The notes under the pieces were generated by a model. It was not told the origin of the DNA and searched no databases. It saw only the letters and a list, made by a program, of their open reading frames with translations. Made by a program: the position numbers and the translations under genes. Below, one piece after another: positions 33,658 through 47,343 of a DNA stretch of 64,000 nucleotides; position 1 is the first letter of the stretch, and each line of letters opens with the position of its first letter. Source of the stretch: Lepidodermella squamata. Lineage: Eukaryota; Animalia; Gastrotricha. The stretch spans positions 1,488,001-1,552,000 of the forward strand of contig JBLDXI010000033.1 in NCBI GenBank assembly GCA_047495785.1, given 5' to 3'.

Positions 33658-35050
33658 GGATAACTAGATTCGAATGTTGAATGACAAGCATACACACATA
33701 CAGTGAAATTTGTCTAATTTTCAGTGACTCGAATGTGAGAATTTAGATGTGGAATTGATGGTCTAATCCGGAGCGACTTGAGTTGCACGATCGTTATCGG
33801 GATTATAAAACTTGTAAGGAAAAAAGGGCAAAGGCGTGGGTTGGTAAGAATTTTGATTTTGCGGTCGCTAAGGGTCAGGTCCCTGAGCTACTGTTGAGGT
33901 TGACCAGAGCCGTCTATAATGCAGTCGGGATATTCACCCAGACCAGCGCCAAGAACAAAGGTGAACAAAGGGTTGAACAGAAGTTCACCATTGTTCACGA
34001 GGAACTTTGGTGAAAATGAATGAACACGATTTCACCAATCTCGGTGTCGGTCTAGGCTCTAGGCAGCTCTGACGTACACCTGTGAGCTCTATAAGGACGG
34101 AACATACGTTTTGTCCTATAAGATAAAGACTCGGCCCCGCCACTACGATGGTCGATTCAACGAATGCAAGTAGATACTTCACTAGCAGAAACTTCTTGAA
34201 GCGCATATTGATGCTCAGGTGACATTGAAATATGAACATATAATGAAGTGTAAAGAACGTTGATTTGGAACAATGATTTTAAATACCGATGATGGAACGC
34301 TAGGGATTTTTCAACTTATCGTCACTTCGGGCGCGGTTACACGTGCCGAAACGAATTCCCGCGCTTCAATAAATGAATACGCAACATTTAAAATGGGCAT
34401 TCCAGGTTCTTGGCGCGCGATTATTGTTTTTAACAAAATACTGGCAGTCATTTAAAAAAAATCTCCTCGCAAAATAACATGGAGCCGAGCTTTGAAAAAA
34501 TTTGACATGACTATTATGCACCATATTTATTATTCAATATATACGAATTTATTAGGTATCACCTCTATGGAAATTTTCCGCGTCAAAAACTGCGCGCCCA
34601 AACTTTATGTTGTTCGGTTTTTAGTGTTGCAACAGGCGTGAGGAGTATTTCCATTCCTAAAGGTTCTCGCACAAACTCGTTTCTATTTTTTTTTCTTACG
34701 CATACGAGGAAAAACATACGCACACAGCGAATCGCATACACCATACACCCACCAGCTCACAAACTGATTTCTTTTTTCCTCGTATGTAATTTCTTTTTGC
34801 TCCGTCAAGTCGTCGAAAAAAGCGATGGCGGCACGTTGAGGCGAACCCTTGACGCTCTCACCCATTTGTTACGAAATTACGCGTCACCCATTTGTTACGA
34901 ACGAACGAACGAACGAAAATCTTTTTATTTGCACGAGGGAACTTGTTTACAGAGCTCGATGCCCCGACCCTTGTGCGACTCGCTAAACTCGTTGAAGGAG
35001 CGTTCGCGGAGGATTGAACGTAGGTGTTGCCCCGGGTTATATACTCCATC

Positions 35051-35090
35051 ATTCGGCTGTGATTCGGCTGTGATTCGGCTGTGATTCGAT
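35051..35090. repeat. Short tandem repeat (ATTCGGCTGTG) x3
   Basis: Read directly from the sequence. Confidence 0.8.
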
Positions 35091-38000
35091 CATTCGGCAT
35101 GTTGAGTGAGTCGAGACAAGCTGACATCTCTTTGTCGAAATCTCGACAGGTGGTCAAGTGCGGGTTGTCAAGCTTTGCCAGTTTCGTGCAGGTCGAGTAG
35201 TGTTGAATGAATTTCAATTATAATTTCACGTTATATTTTCATTTAATTCGAAAATTCAATCCTAAAGATGGTTATCGAGAATAGCCAGGTGAATAATTGG
35301 CAAAATGCTGAATTATAGAGGAGTTCTTGGGCTATCGAATGCCGGTTTCCATAATTCCGGACGATCTTACGTTGATTAATGGCTAATTTTGCTAATTTTG
35401 TCACCTTATCGGAATTAGAGAACCGGGTGCCAACTTATCCAGTTACGCACTAGTTGGTACCTTAACTTTGATACCGATAAGTTATTCGTCTCGGCAAGAT
35501 GAGCGTGGAAATCGCCTTTGTTGCTTTACCTGTGAGCTTTTCCTTGACGCGAGGCGATGCCTGAACCTCTGGTGTTTATGATAACATAGCACTTGAGAAA
35601 CGACACGAGCCCCCTCGCCCGTATTTAGAATTATTTTTGCGATCACGTGCTTTAAAATTCATGAAACAGATTAGCTCAACAATGCACATTATTTCTTGAG
35701 TTGCGAGAAAAAAAAGCGTTTCAACGGAAAAATCAAGAAATTGACAAAATGTTGTATAATTTTGAGAATTAAACGATTTCCAATCGCCCCTGCGCCTTCA
35801 ATTCACAGCGTTTTTAGAACAGTCAACTGTAAAAAAATGAGACAGCCAGTCAGCTGATTGAGTATCGTTCCGGTCTTTGATATCTGGCTGGAAAGAAAGT
35901 AGATTTTCACGCTTGATAAGGCAACCAGACAGTGTCTGGTACTTTTCGCTATCTGCGCTATATACTTACCATCTTTTCATATCATGCATATCGGTGACAA
36001 TGCATTTAAAAGCAGGACTAAAAAATAACGCATGAATGAATCGCACAATGAGGAAAATAATAAGCACAATACGGTCGTTTTTTTTCGCAATCGTCCCCGC
36101 GCTCCAGCGTAAAATCTATTTGTCATTTCGCTATGATGATCACCACAAAACATGCTTACAGCAGCTGAAAAAATTCCCGATAGGCTTGTAATTTTGGCTA
36201 TACTTAAATATCGCATGAAAGCTCGGCTGCATTTTCAGATGCCTGGGCTGTTTATATATAGGTCGTCAATGTTTTAACCGGTGAAGCGAAAAAAAACAAA
36301 AATTAGATGGTTGCACCCGGTGTGATTTTTTGTTGCTATAGATTTTTCGCATCTATATGTATAGATTCCTCCATCAGCAATAATCTCGCCAACTTGTTGA
36401 AGTAATTACAACAATAATCTTCCCGATCAGCTGACAGATGAGTGAATGTATATCGTCATTATCTGGCATGTTTCATCCGCTCAGCATTACATACCCACTC
36501 CCGCCGCCTCCTCCCGCTTATTTCCGGCGCAAGTATTACTGGATAAACACATTTCTTCTGCCTTATTGGTATCAGCTATCATCAAACATTAAATTAGCCC
36601 GGCGTAACTAAGGACGCGCTTTTTGAGATGTACCTTAGCAACGCGGATAATTGTTTACTAGGACGCTATAAAGTCATCAAAAAATGTTGTTCAGATTTCA
36701 GCTTCAAGCGCAGTCGAGCGTACCCAGAACGATGGACATTTGATTTGGTGCAGATTAGCGCGCGTGATTTATGCCCCGCGCTTTTATTATTTCTCGCATT
36801 CGATTAAACCTAAAATATGACACTAATAATTCTGCGGCAATAAAATTTATGATGACTTTTTCGTGTTCGGTGAATAAGTTGCCGAGCCGTATCTCGCGTA
36901 ATTTGTTATCGTTATTAAAACGGCGATATTGTATCTATTATTGAATCTATCGAGAGCGCGGCCGTCTTCATCGCCGTCGTCGTCGTCGATTATTAGGCTT
37001 TCTTATTATTGTTACTAGTTTGGCCTGATTTATTAGTGTGTCTAATTTGAAGAAGCGCGCGCGCGGGTGCCGGACGGGTCGCGCGCTCTCTCTCTCTCGC
37101 CCGCTCGCCCGCCAAAATTGAAAATTGTCAACGCGCCCGCGCAAAGTCACGCCGTTATTATTATTACTTCGTGTCTATTAATAACTGTATTATCATCGCC
37201 ATCGTCATCATTGCCGCTTTAGATGAAGATACTCGTCGTTGATGGGGCTCTATGTTGATGTCGCCATTTTTGTTTGCCGAGATCTTTATAGCCATGTCGA
37301 CGCTTGTTATTAGAAGTATTATCATTGTCATGACACTCAATAGCAGGCAACTAAAACTCATTCGAAATAAATCTCATTTAAAAATCAGTTTAGTCTTAAT
37401 TCGTGATTTTCTTAATTTTTCAATTTTAATCAAAATTCCTACATAAGACCTTGTTTTTCCTAATTTGTTGCTTCGTAGTCCATACTCTTAGACTATTTCG
37501 TGGGTTTTTGTAGGAAATGGAAAGGCAGAATACTAGTTAAGCGTTAATTTCGAATTTTTTTTATTTTTTCCCGCCTCCTTAAAAATCTTAGAAATTTTCA
37601 GAATTGCAAATTTCTTCTTTTTATTAGTTTCATATTCAAATTAATTAGACCTAATTTTTTTCTTAAATTGACGGTAGCAATGGCCTCTTTTATTTGATGT
37701 GAAAATCAGAAATCAATTATTAACAGAGCTCGGCTTGTCTTATATAGGTAACCGCGCCAATTATCGAGCGAAAATTGGTATAAGTATATATTTTGTCGCG
37801 CCAGCAAGGGCATGAACTGCTTTTTGTTATTACAGCGTCAATTGAAGCCGATTTTGCGAGTTGGCGCTTACAGGAAATATCAATTATTTTATTTATATAT
37901 AATAAGGGCGCGTTGATTGGTGTGCCTTATGGTAGCTAGGCCTGGCGCCACTAAGACGGCGAGTGGGTGCGCTAAATCCCATTAATAATTCACTTGGCCT

Positions 38001-38675
38001 TGTGCTATATAACAAATTACACTCTATTACTCAACGGCTGTAGCACCTTAGTCTTAGCGTATTGGGCAGGCGTCTTTATTAAAATCTACGGAGTATACAA
38101 AACCGACAAATCCTCTTCCTAAGGCCAGCCGTCAACAAGAGCGCAACCGGCAGCACAACACCTCATCGCGCCTGCTGTAAGTAATAATACAAACTGTAAA
38201 CAATATATAGGCCGACACCTCGATCATCATCACATTGCACCCGCAATCTATTAGAAATTATTAAAAGCTATTGCCTTTTTATTTATAACAGTGTCGCAGA
38301 AAAACAGCGCGTTGTTTTGTTATTTTTAGCTACTATAGGTAGAGGTAGGTACCCGGAAGTTGGCTAGTTGAAAATGAGGAAGCGTGTGAATTGAGAAGAA
38401 ATTATTATAACCCCGCGACACCCATACACAAAGCTGGAAAACAACAAATTATTATTAGGGGCGAAAATAACACGGCGCATTTCTGATTTTTTTCTATAAA
38501 TTCGCGACAGGAAGGATGCGGTTAATTTTAATAAATAGTTCTGAATGAATCGAGGCATTATTACGACTTATAGCTCTGATTTTTTCTAGAAATTACCGTT
38601 TAAATATTAAAATTCAAGCTTTAAGCTGGATCCGTTCGGGAAATGCGGCATTGAAGCCTGTTATTCGCGAGTGAT

Positions 38676-41600
38676 ATGAGCTCGGATCAAAACGCGGACG
38701 ACGACGGCGGGGAGCAGCAACAGCAGCAGTTGCGGCCCCACCGGCACCACAGCAGCCGGCACCACCATCATCGGCAGCGCGAGCAGAGGCCGATAATGAA
38801 GATACTGCTCGTCGTTCTTGTGGTGCTGTGCATCGTATTCGCTGTTATTGCCATCATTTTAGCCGTTAAAATCAGCAACGCGTCCTCGCTGGCACAAAAC
38901 GCGCCTGGTTCCATACTGATACCGGTTGACCCGCCAGGCGACGATTCTGCTACTTCCGACACATCAGCTCAAGTCAGCATTGTATAATTAATTTATTCTA
39001 ATTTTTTATTAATTTTTTTAATAGGTCTCATTAGCTTCATCTGGCGAAAATCCACCGCAACCTAGCACAAAAACAAAAAGCCTATCAGTCCCTGGGAATG
39101 GGCAACGAGTAGCACTATTGGACGGCCTTGACCCGCAAAGACCGGGCCAAATCACCGGGCACCAGGTCGTTATGACATGCGGCAATCAGGCCTGCTTAGA
39201 CCTGGCGCTTCATTTGCATAAAACTGTCAACAAATCAGCGGCGCCTTGTACGCATTTTTACGACTATGCGTGCGGCTCATGGCCGATAAAAGATACGTCA
39301 ACGGCGAACAGCTTATTAGGTCAGGTCATGCAATCGATTGATAACGAAGTTCAGACAGTGTTGGAAAACGTGCTGTCACTACCGTACAGCCAGCGGACGA
39401 ATGGCCGGGGAGTGGCTGAGCAGCAAGTTGTCAACTTCTACGATGCGTGTACCAATGTAACGACCAGAGAAAAATTAAATTGTGAGTAAAATTTTGATAA
39501 AAAAATTAATTAAAAAAAAAATTAATTAAATTCGAGAAAATTTTATGATTTTTTAATTTTTTCCAGCGAGACCACTAATTGACCTCCTTGATGCCGCGTT
39601 GGCTCCTTGCTTTCTATTCGGCGCGCCTGACCTCAACGAATGGGACCCAGTCGAAGCTTGGAAACGAATTTTCCGTGATTTCGGCGTCGAAGTCATCTTT
39701 TCAATCCACGTTCAAGTCCCGCCCGAAACAGAGGGCCCAGTCTGGATTGTCATCGCCCCGCGGTCGCCTCAGCTCGGCTCATTAGTCGACTCAAAAGAGG
39801 GCATTGAACGAGCTAAGGACGTGCTATTTGACATCGGGCAGAAACTGTCGAATGCAGCCGGAGTTTCGCGAAGTCTCGGCGACCCCTTCGACTACGGCGT
39901 TTCTCATTTTGTTCAAGACACTCTTGACTTCACTAAATTTCTCGCAACTGCGAGGCGAGAGACCTACCCTATTGTCACAATGTCCCCAGCTGAGTTCGTC
40001 AATGCTTTTAAAGCTAACTCGAAAGAGCCGAACGATCACGCGTTTAATCCGACAAATTATTTCGAGGAATTTTTCCGCAACGCATCGTCTCTAAGCGTGA
40101 CAGTTCCTATCAACGTCGATGCGGGAATTCAGCCTTTTATCAAAGTTTTAGGAAAATACATGCAGCAGCATAAAGATACGTGGAAAAGGCGATTTAACAA
40201 CTACTTGACTACGGAAATAATTCTTCATTATATGCTGGAAATTTCCGGCGATTTCGAGCGGCACCTCGCGAGTTTTTTCCCAAAGTCGTATAACCGTTTT
40301 TATTCGAAAAGCTACTCGGTCGAAACGCGGTGCCGCAACGAGGCCGAATTTACGTTCAAGGACATTGTCTACGACATGTTGGCGAATAAAAAGTCTTTCA
40401 ACCCGCCTGATTTGCCTATTCGTATATCGCGCGATATGTTCGTCGCGGCGATGCAGTCGTCGAAAATTCTCAACATGGCGCAAATAAAGGTGCTCATCAG
40501 CAAGCTGATGACAGCGCATATTGTCAACCAGTCAAATGCCGGCGATTTAGCATCGCGGTACACCGGCATAGGCATTACGAGGACGAATCATTTTGAAAAT
40601 GTAATCAAACTGCAGCGCATGCGCTACGCCAAGCTGATGCGCCTGTTGACGGGCCGCGAGGGCCCGGGCGATCGCTGGGACAATTTTCTTCGCTCGACAT
40701 CGTTTGCAGCCTATGCTGGTGACTATGAGCGAGCGTTTTACGTAAATTCTCTATTGTTCAGGCAGCCATTGTTTGATCCGGATTGGCCAGCAGAATTTAA
40801 TGTAAGTTTAACAGAATCAAATAAATTTGTAACAGACAAATGTGATGGCTTTGGACGAAACCATGCTTTTCGAAATAAAAACTTGGCGCTATTTCTGAAA
40901 ATTTTGGTGATTAGGGCCAAGGTGGAGAGCATAAATTCTGACTTGTTTGCAAATTTTGGCGATTTTACGAATTTTACCCGATTTTTGGCAAATTAATCAA
41001 TTTTTTATTCAGTTTGACTGTAATGAGTGGGTAATTTGGGTGATTTGCGTGCGTTTGCATAATGACCTAAAAAGAGCCTTGTGCGTTCTAAATTTACTTT
41101 TGACCCTTAGGAGCAATTTCGAAAAAGTTTTCGAAAATGAAAATGTATAATTATTAATCGCATTTTTAAACGAAAATTATACGATTCTACACGTTCAGCC
41201 CTGCCAAAACAAGTCGTCCAAAATGTGTTACAGAGGGAGCAACAATCAGGGAATCCCCATGCTAAATTTCATCTGAAATGTTTATTTATGAGGGGAATAT
41301 AGATGGGCCCCAAATCTCCAAATATTTCTCGAAAATTGGTTATAGCTTCAAGTCTTTGAGCCATCCGTCATTCAAAACGCTTACCCAATGTTACCTCACC
41401 CGATATAAAGAATAAGAATTCCACCTTAATATTTTCTATTGTTTCTCGCAATTTGACTTTTTTAATGTTGCCTGCAGATTGCCCGGTCGGCTGGTGTCCA
41501 TTATCAACTGCTCAAATCGATGATGTTACCTTACTTGAAGCGCGAAACCAATTCGTCGCTGTTCCGCAACTACCGCAGCGCCATATTGTGTTACCAAAAC

Positions 41601-41954
41601 GCTCTGGCGAGTGTCCGCTTCACCGCCCCTGTATCACAGGCAGTCAACTTCGCACTGCTTTTCAACAGCGTTAATACATCCCTACGCTTTCTCGCTACAA
41701 ACGCTGCGATGTTGAAGAAAACAGTGCTCGACTACGCGATACCCGGCTTCATGGTCCGGCCGCCGCAGTTGACGATGATATTGGCGGCGCAGCCGTTTTG
41801 CCGCAAGGACATTTCTGACGAACAGAAAATGCTCGTACATCACGTTTTCGCCGCGCTGCCGCAGTTTGCCGGCATCTTTCATTGTCAAGCGTCGGCGACG
41901 CAGCAGCCACAGCCGGCGGCTCGAGCCGTTGCCTCATGCCCGGCCATTCCGTGA
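38676..41954 (+). CDS. Neprilysin-like (M13) type II membrane protein lacking HExxH (predicted inactive); 4 exons
   Basis: TM segment, TCGNQAC...PCTHFYDYACGSW, FYDAC, QPLFDPDWP, C-terminal PQFAGIFHC...C; the zinc-motif position reads NIARSAGVHYQLLKSMM. Confidence 0.82.
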
Positions 41955-43283
41955 TTGCTATAGTCCTAGCTAATTTTTCGAAAAAAATGCGCCAAAATTT
42001 CGGATTTGTAAATACTTTGTCCTTGAATAAAATTATTAACCATATACCTTATTTTCACATCTCAGATTTCTATAAAGTAACTATAACATAGGTACGAAAA
42101 TTCTAGCCTAATGTACCGACAATAATTTGCCTGTATTATATAATATTGCTCTTATTATTTGATTGTTGAAAAATTATTGCAATACAATTTTTTATCTGAA
42201 AGCTGTTTTTTTACGAAATAAAATATCAAAAGTGAGAGAGAAAAAGTAGGTCAAAGTCTTTATTGTCAACAAAGTGAATTTTCGAGGTCAAATCGCTCTC
42301 AGAGCTAATTAGTTCCAGAAATTTAACGACGTGTTTCGGTTCTAGAAACTTCAGACATCAGTGTTACGCAATAGGCAGCTGTTACAGCGATCGAGTCGAG
42401 TCATCATCAATTCTATTTAATTTTAACCCATCATTTTTCGCTCGAGTTCTGCTTTTTGCCGTGCAGGCGTGGCATTTGTTGTACCTAGGCTGTATCACTG
42501 ATTTCTTGCTCCACCATTAATAACATAGCTATCAGCTGAATTTATCTTATCAGCCAAAACAAGAGACGTTATTTGTTCGCTATTGGACTTTGGACCTTTC
42601 CAACAACGTGCGATCGCTAGCTGTCGCGAATTTTGTCTGAATTTTATTTGGCTTTTCAGAATGACACAAAAAACGTCTTTGAATCTAATAGCTATAGAAT
42701 AATATCAGCTATAGAATGAAGTCGACGTCAGGTATTTGATTCACGTCGTAATTACGTATATTGTGTTCGTGCTTGTTTGTCGCGTTATCATATAAAGCTA
42801 CTATAACACCAAAGCCAGCAGAATTATCTTGCATGCGTATATTATAATGTAGAAGCCCCTTTTCACGCATGTGTCCAAATTGTTTGTGGTTGTTTATTCT
42901 GCCGAGAGTCGTACGGTTGTTGTGACTGATGCTGCCACTACTGCAGTGCCTGGATATTCCCCTCTAGGCTTACATAGCCTACTACAACCACCACAACTAT
43001 TTGACCTCTTCTCGGTTCGGTGCAAATAATTATGCATGCTACCGGGAAACTGTAGATTTTCTCTGAATTATTGTAATAATAGCGAAAAAATCTCTTGGAA
43101 AACGTTCAGTAGGGAAGAATATGTTAAATGCATAGCCCGTAAATTATAAGACGATTTCTAAGAATGTAATTTGATTGAAAAATCACGATTTATTTTGCTT
43201 GAGAGTCATTATAGAATTTCTTATTTAGGCTTGTTTTCTTTATGATTGTGGCCTTTGGTGCGGAAGAGTCTTAAATTGAGGTA

Positions 43284-43743
43284 CAGTGAAAGTTGTATAA
43301 TCCGGAACCTGAATTAGTCTGGATTAGGCTGAGGCCGGAATATTTATCACCGGACACGGTCCGGTTCAGGACTTTTTATTACCGAATGCATAGTAAAGGT
43401 TATACTTAAATTTCCAGACAACGGTCCTTGTTTATTCAACTCATAGTATCATTGAATTATTGAACTATTGAAATGAGCTTTAAAAAAACAAGTTTGGAGT
43501 TTCACTTTCAATATGGATGCTACGAGCAAATTGGATGCGTGTTTTTATTCATAAAAAAACTCCAAATTTTAAACTAAAAACCTCTAAAATTCGGCGAATT
43601 ACCAAATTTCCGGTTTAGGGAGTCCGGATTAGACAATACATTTTCTATGTCAAGTCCATACTTCCGGCACGACCCACCCAAATTGGTCCGGATTACGCGT
43701 ATTCCAGTTTAGACCGGTCTGGTTACTTATACAACTTTCACTG
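43284..43743. mobile_element. MITE, pogo/Tc1-type, related to 8727..9221
   Basis: 17-bp TIR CAGTGAAAGTTGTATAA, TA on both flanks, internal TCCGG(A) repeats. Confidence 0.85.
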
Positions 43744-44214
43744 TAATTTTTGTGTTCTAGAGGAGTTTTGGGAGGTTTTCCATAATAAAGATTCCCTGTC
43801 ACTGGTCGCGTGTTTGTCCCCTGGGCTTTTAGGCATATAACAGTCTTCTGCTCCCTATGTTTTTTTAAGCTAGTCATAAGACGCAAGCAATTGCCTCTCC
43901 CCACACTTTATTATCACCTAATATTGAGAGTCCTGAAATAATAATGATGTAATTAGAAAGTCGGTTTTTAGAGGTATTATAGAGGAGCTGGAGATATTCG
44001 CGAAGGAAAATTGGATAGGGATCGTATTAAAATGGGTCATGCAATCGTAACTTCTCCAACATTTTTATTTAAATTGATGCGAATTCCCAGGATACTCGTT
44101 ATACCAAAATTACCTGATTTTGTCTACCTTCGCATGCAAACCTAAATCTCATTTTTTCATCTTTCATAATATTTTAGCTCAGTGTTATTAAATCGAGATA
44201 CTTGTCTAATCAAA

Positions 44215-46535
44215 ATGTTGGCCAACGGCAACGGCCATGCTCATAACGGGAACGGACACGCCAACGGCGGGTCTCCGAATTCGGAACAGCGCTTTGCCGT
44301 GAATGGGCTCGACGTCGCTCAGTTCAAGGATGAATTGCGGCGGCTCAAAACCGAGGCTGTCGACGATTTGTCGCGTAAAATGGAAGATCTTATCGAAAAA
44401 GCTGACTTTTCAACAGGCAGCAGTGTTCTACTTCGAACGTACTACGGCCACGGTCCAGGCGAACGGGGTGCTAGTAGCTCAACCCCGAGTAGGCAAAAGA
44501 CTAGTCGCCAGCCATCATCTCCCGGTTCATCCAGAGCGTTGCCTGAGAAGGAATTCGTGATGCGGAATTCTGTACTGACCGATCTCTTCAAAAGTCGCCA
44601 CATTCAAACCATTGAACACATTGTGATTGCTTGTTTGATCAACTGGGCCCTGTCAACAGCAGTATCCGATTACTACGCCAAGCAGAGCCTAAGCGCTGTT
44701 TTACCTAGTTTCAACCTTGTCGAAAGTGCTTTTGCCAACTACCAGGTCGCGATTGTCGTCTGGCTGAAATTGATGTTTTTCTCCTTCCTCGTCTACCCGA
44801 TCGCAAACTACTGGGCGAATCACCGCGATGAGACGAATTATTTCACTAATTTCGACCGATTTTTTGTGGTCCTATACATCGCGTATCAAATTCATATGTT
44901 CATGCTGCCGTATGATGTGTTGTTCCGAAGCACGAGTCTTGGCACAGCGGCGGCTATTGCACTCGCTCTCGAGCAGGTCAGGCTGATGATGAAAATTCAT
45001 TCGTTTGTCAGAGAGGCGCACAAACGGCAGTTCAAGTTGGCGAGTGCGATATCGAAAAAAGACGACAGTCACGACGAAGGTTCGCCTCGAAGCAGCCCTC
45101 CCCCAGAAATTTCGAGATTTCCTGGATTTAGCAGGTATTTTATAAACTTCTTGTAGAGTTTTCAATTTTTTAAATTGAATTGAAAAGTATTTAAATAATT
45201 ATAGTGTATCCATATATTTGCCCCACTAAACTTGAGATTCGTTGCAGTTTCGGGATTTTCACTTTTGATTTGTGATGGCCCTGGAACTTTTATATTAGAT
45301 ACCTGGTACCATCAGCTTGGTAGTTGGTAGAGAAAAATTTTCAATGTTGGCTTCCAAGACTTCTGTTATCGGAAAAATCACTGATTTGTAAAATCGATAA
45401 TTGAAATCGATATTCGCTTCACAGTGATATATGAGATTGGTTAGGCATGATAGTTAAAAAATTAAGAATTTAAGGCAGACGTGGAACTGGAAAGAAACAT
45501 ATTATAGGAAAATCTGGTATGCTATAGATCCTCAAATTTAATGTTTGAACCCAAAATTTAGGTTGAAATTATTTTTTTAATTATTAAACCTATTGTTTTG
45601 TAAATAGTTTTCGAATGGCAATATTTTTCGAATTTACCTATTATTAATGATAAAATTTTTATTTTTAAATTAATATTTCATTTATATATAATTTTGTTCA
45701 AAGGTATCTCTACTTTTTGTTCGCTCCTACTCTGGTCTACCGCGACGTTTATCCCCGAACGGATTCCGTCGATTGGAATTTCGTCTGCTCGAACTTCCTC
45801 CAAGTTTTCGGCTGCATCGTCTACATGTACTACCTAATCGAGCGTTACCTGATGCCCGAATTCACCACCTACTCACCCCACACTGTATCAATCGAAACCA
45901 TCATCAAAGCGTCTTTCCGCTGCATCCTACCCGGCGTTGCCTGTCTTATGCTCGGCTTTTTCGGTTTCCTTCACGCTTGGCTGAACGCGTGGGCCGAAAT
46001 GCTGCGATTTGGCGATCGCTTATTCTACAAAGATTGGTGGAACGCGACGTCTTACGCTGAATATTACCGGTTATGGAATTGTGTTGTACATGATTGGCTG
46101 TATTGCTACATCTATAAGGATATGCAGGACAATCTGAATTTCAGGGTATTTTATTTGAATATTTTTCACGCGGTTAATTATGGCTGTTTTCCCAATTAGC
46201 ATAGCCGTGTTGTAGCAGCGTCGTTCGTATTCGGCATCTCAGCCCTCTTTCACGAGTACATCGTCATAGCTATGTTGAAATTCTTCTTCCCGGTCCTTCT
46301 ACTCGAATTCGGCGGTGCCGGTTTCCCGCTGCTATTTCTCAAAATTAAAGGCCGATTTTCAAATGTCTTCGTGTGGACTACCATCATCTGGGGCCTTGGC
46401 TTTCTCATCGGCATGTACTCTTTCGAAATTTCAGCCCGTCATACCTGTCCACCTGCTTTCGAACACGTCTTCCTCGACGCCGTTGTACCTCGTTTCTGGT
46501 CTTGCATGCGATGGCCCAACGAAAGCCAAAAATAG
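44215..46535 (+). CDS. SOAT1: Sterol O-acyltransferase (ACAT/SOAT, MBOAT family); 3 exons
   Basis: [70 protein letters not shown]. Confidence 0.92.
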
Positions 46536-47343
46536 TGATCAAAATCTGCGACATCAAAATTGAGAAACCGTGTGGTTATGCACCTATACGTTATATGCAG
46601 TACAACGCTCGATTGTCGATATAAAAATTATTATTGTTTTATTTATCGCGCAAGTCGTATGAACTTATTGAAAGTGTTGCCGAGTACATGCTTCATGTGT
46701 AAAAATAAAAACCTTGTTTTTCCGAAGCGTATAACGCATCCGCCTCTTGTACTTGAAAATTGTGCCGAAAACAGGAAAATTTCGCTGACAGGTGTGAGGG
46801 GCAGAAAAAAATCACTAAATAATTAGGCCTGATTTTTGTTTGCCGACAATTTGTAAATAACAACATTGCGCCGCAAAAATTGTGCCCTGATTTTTTTTGA
46901 GAACGTTTTCTTCATTTTATACAATTTCGAGATTTTTTCGAGATTAAGGCGGTTAAATTCGATCATTGGCGTTTTAGCTAGCGGCGCAAACAAGCTATCA
47001 AATCGCTTTGTTTGCGTGTTTTGTATTTATGCCTTGCGATTCGAAAAGCAAACAACGCGCTTATATTTTTATTTGCTACCATCAAAAATCCCGCGAAAAC
47101 GGCTCTAATTAAATCTTCATCACTGCGCGCGAATATGCGTTATAAATCACCGCTTGTTTCGTTCGTATGTATAGCGAAAAAATTCTGATACTATAATGAG
47201 CGGGCATGCGCGCGTATATATCTTCTAATCACCGCCGACAATAAGTCAGCAAAACAACAATTTAATTGTTATTTTTCAGAAAAGTTTTGCCTCGCTCTCT
47301 ACACAAAGTAATTGCGCGCAAGGCATGTAAATAAACACAAAAA

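Noticed and set aside
34638-35217. ORFs 34638..35084 and 34858..35217
   Set aside because: Broken by local tandem duplications, no motifs; at most a decayed gene or transposon remnant
37164-37361. 65-aa minus-strand ORF with a hydrophobic N-terminus
   Set aside because: Too short, low complexity, no paralog or splice support
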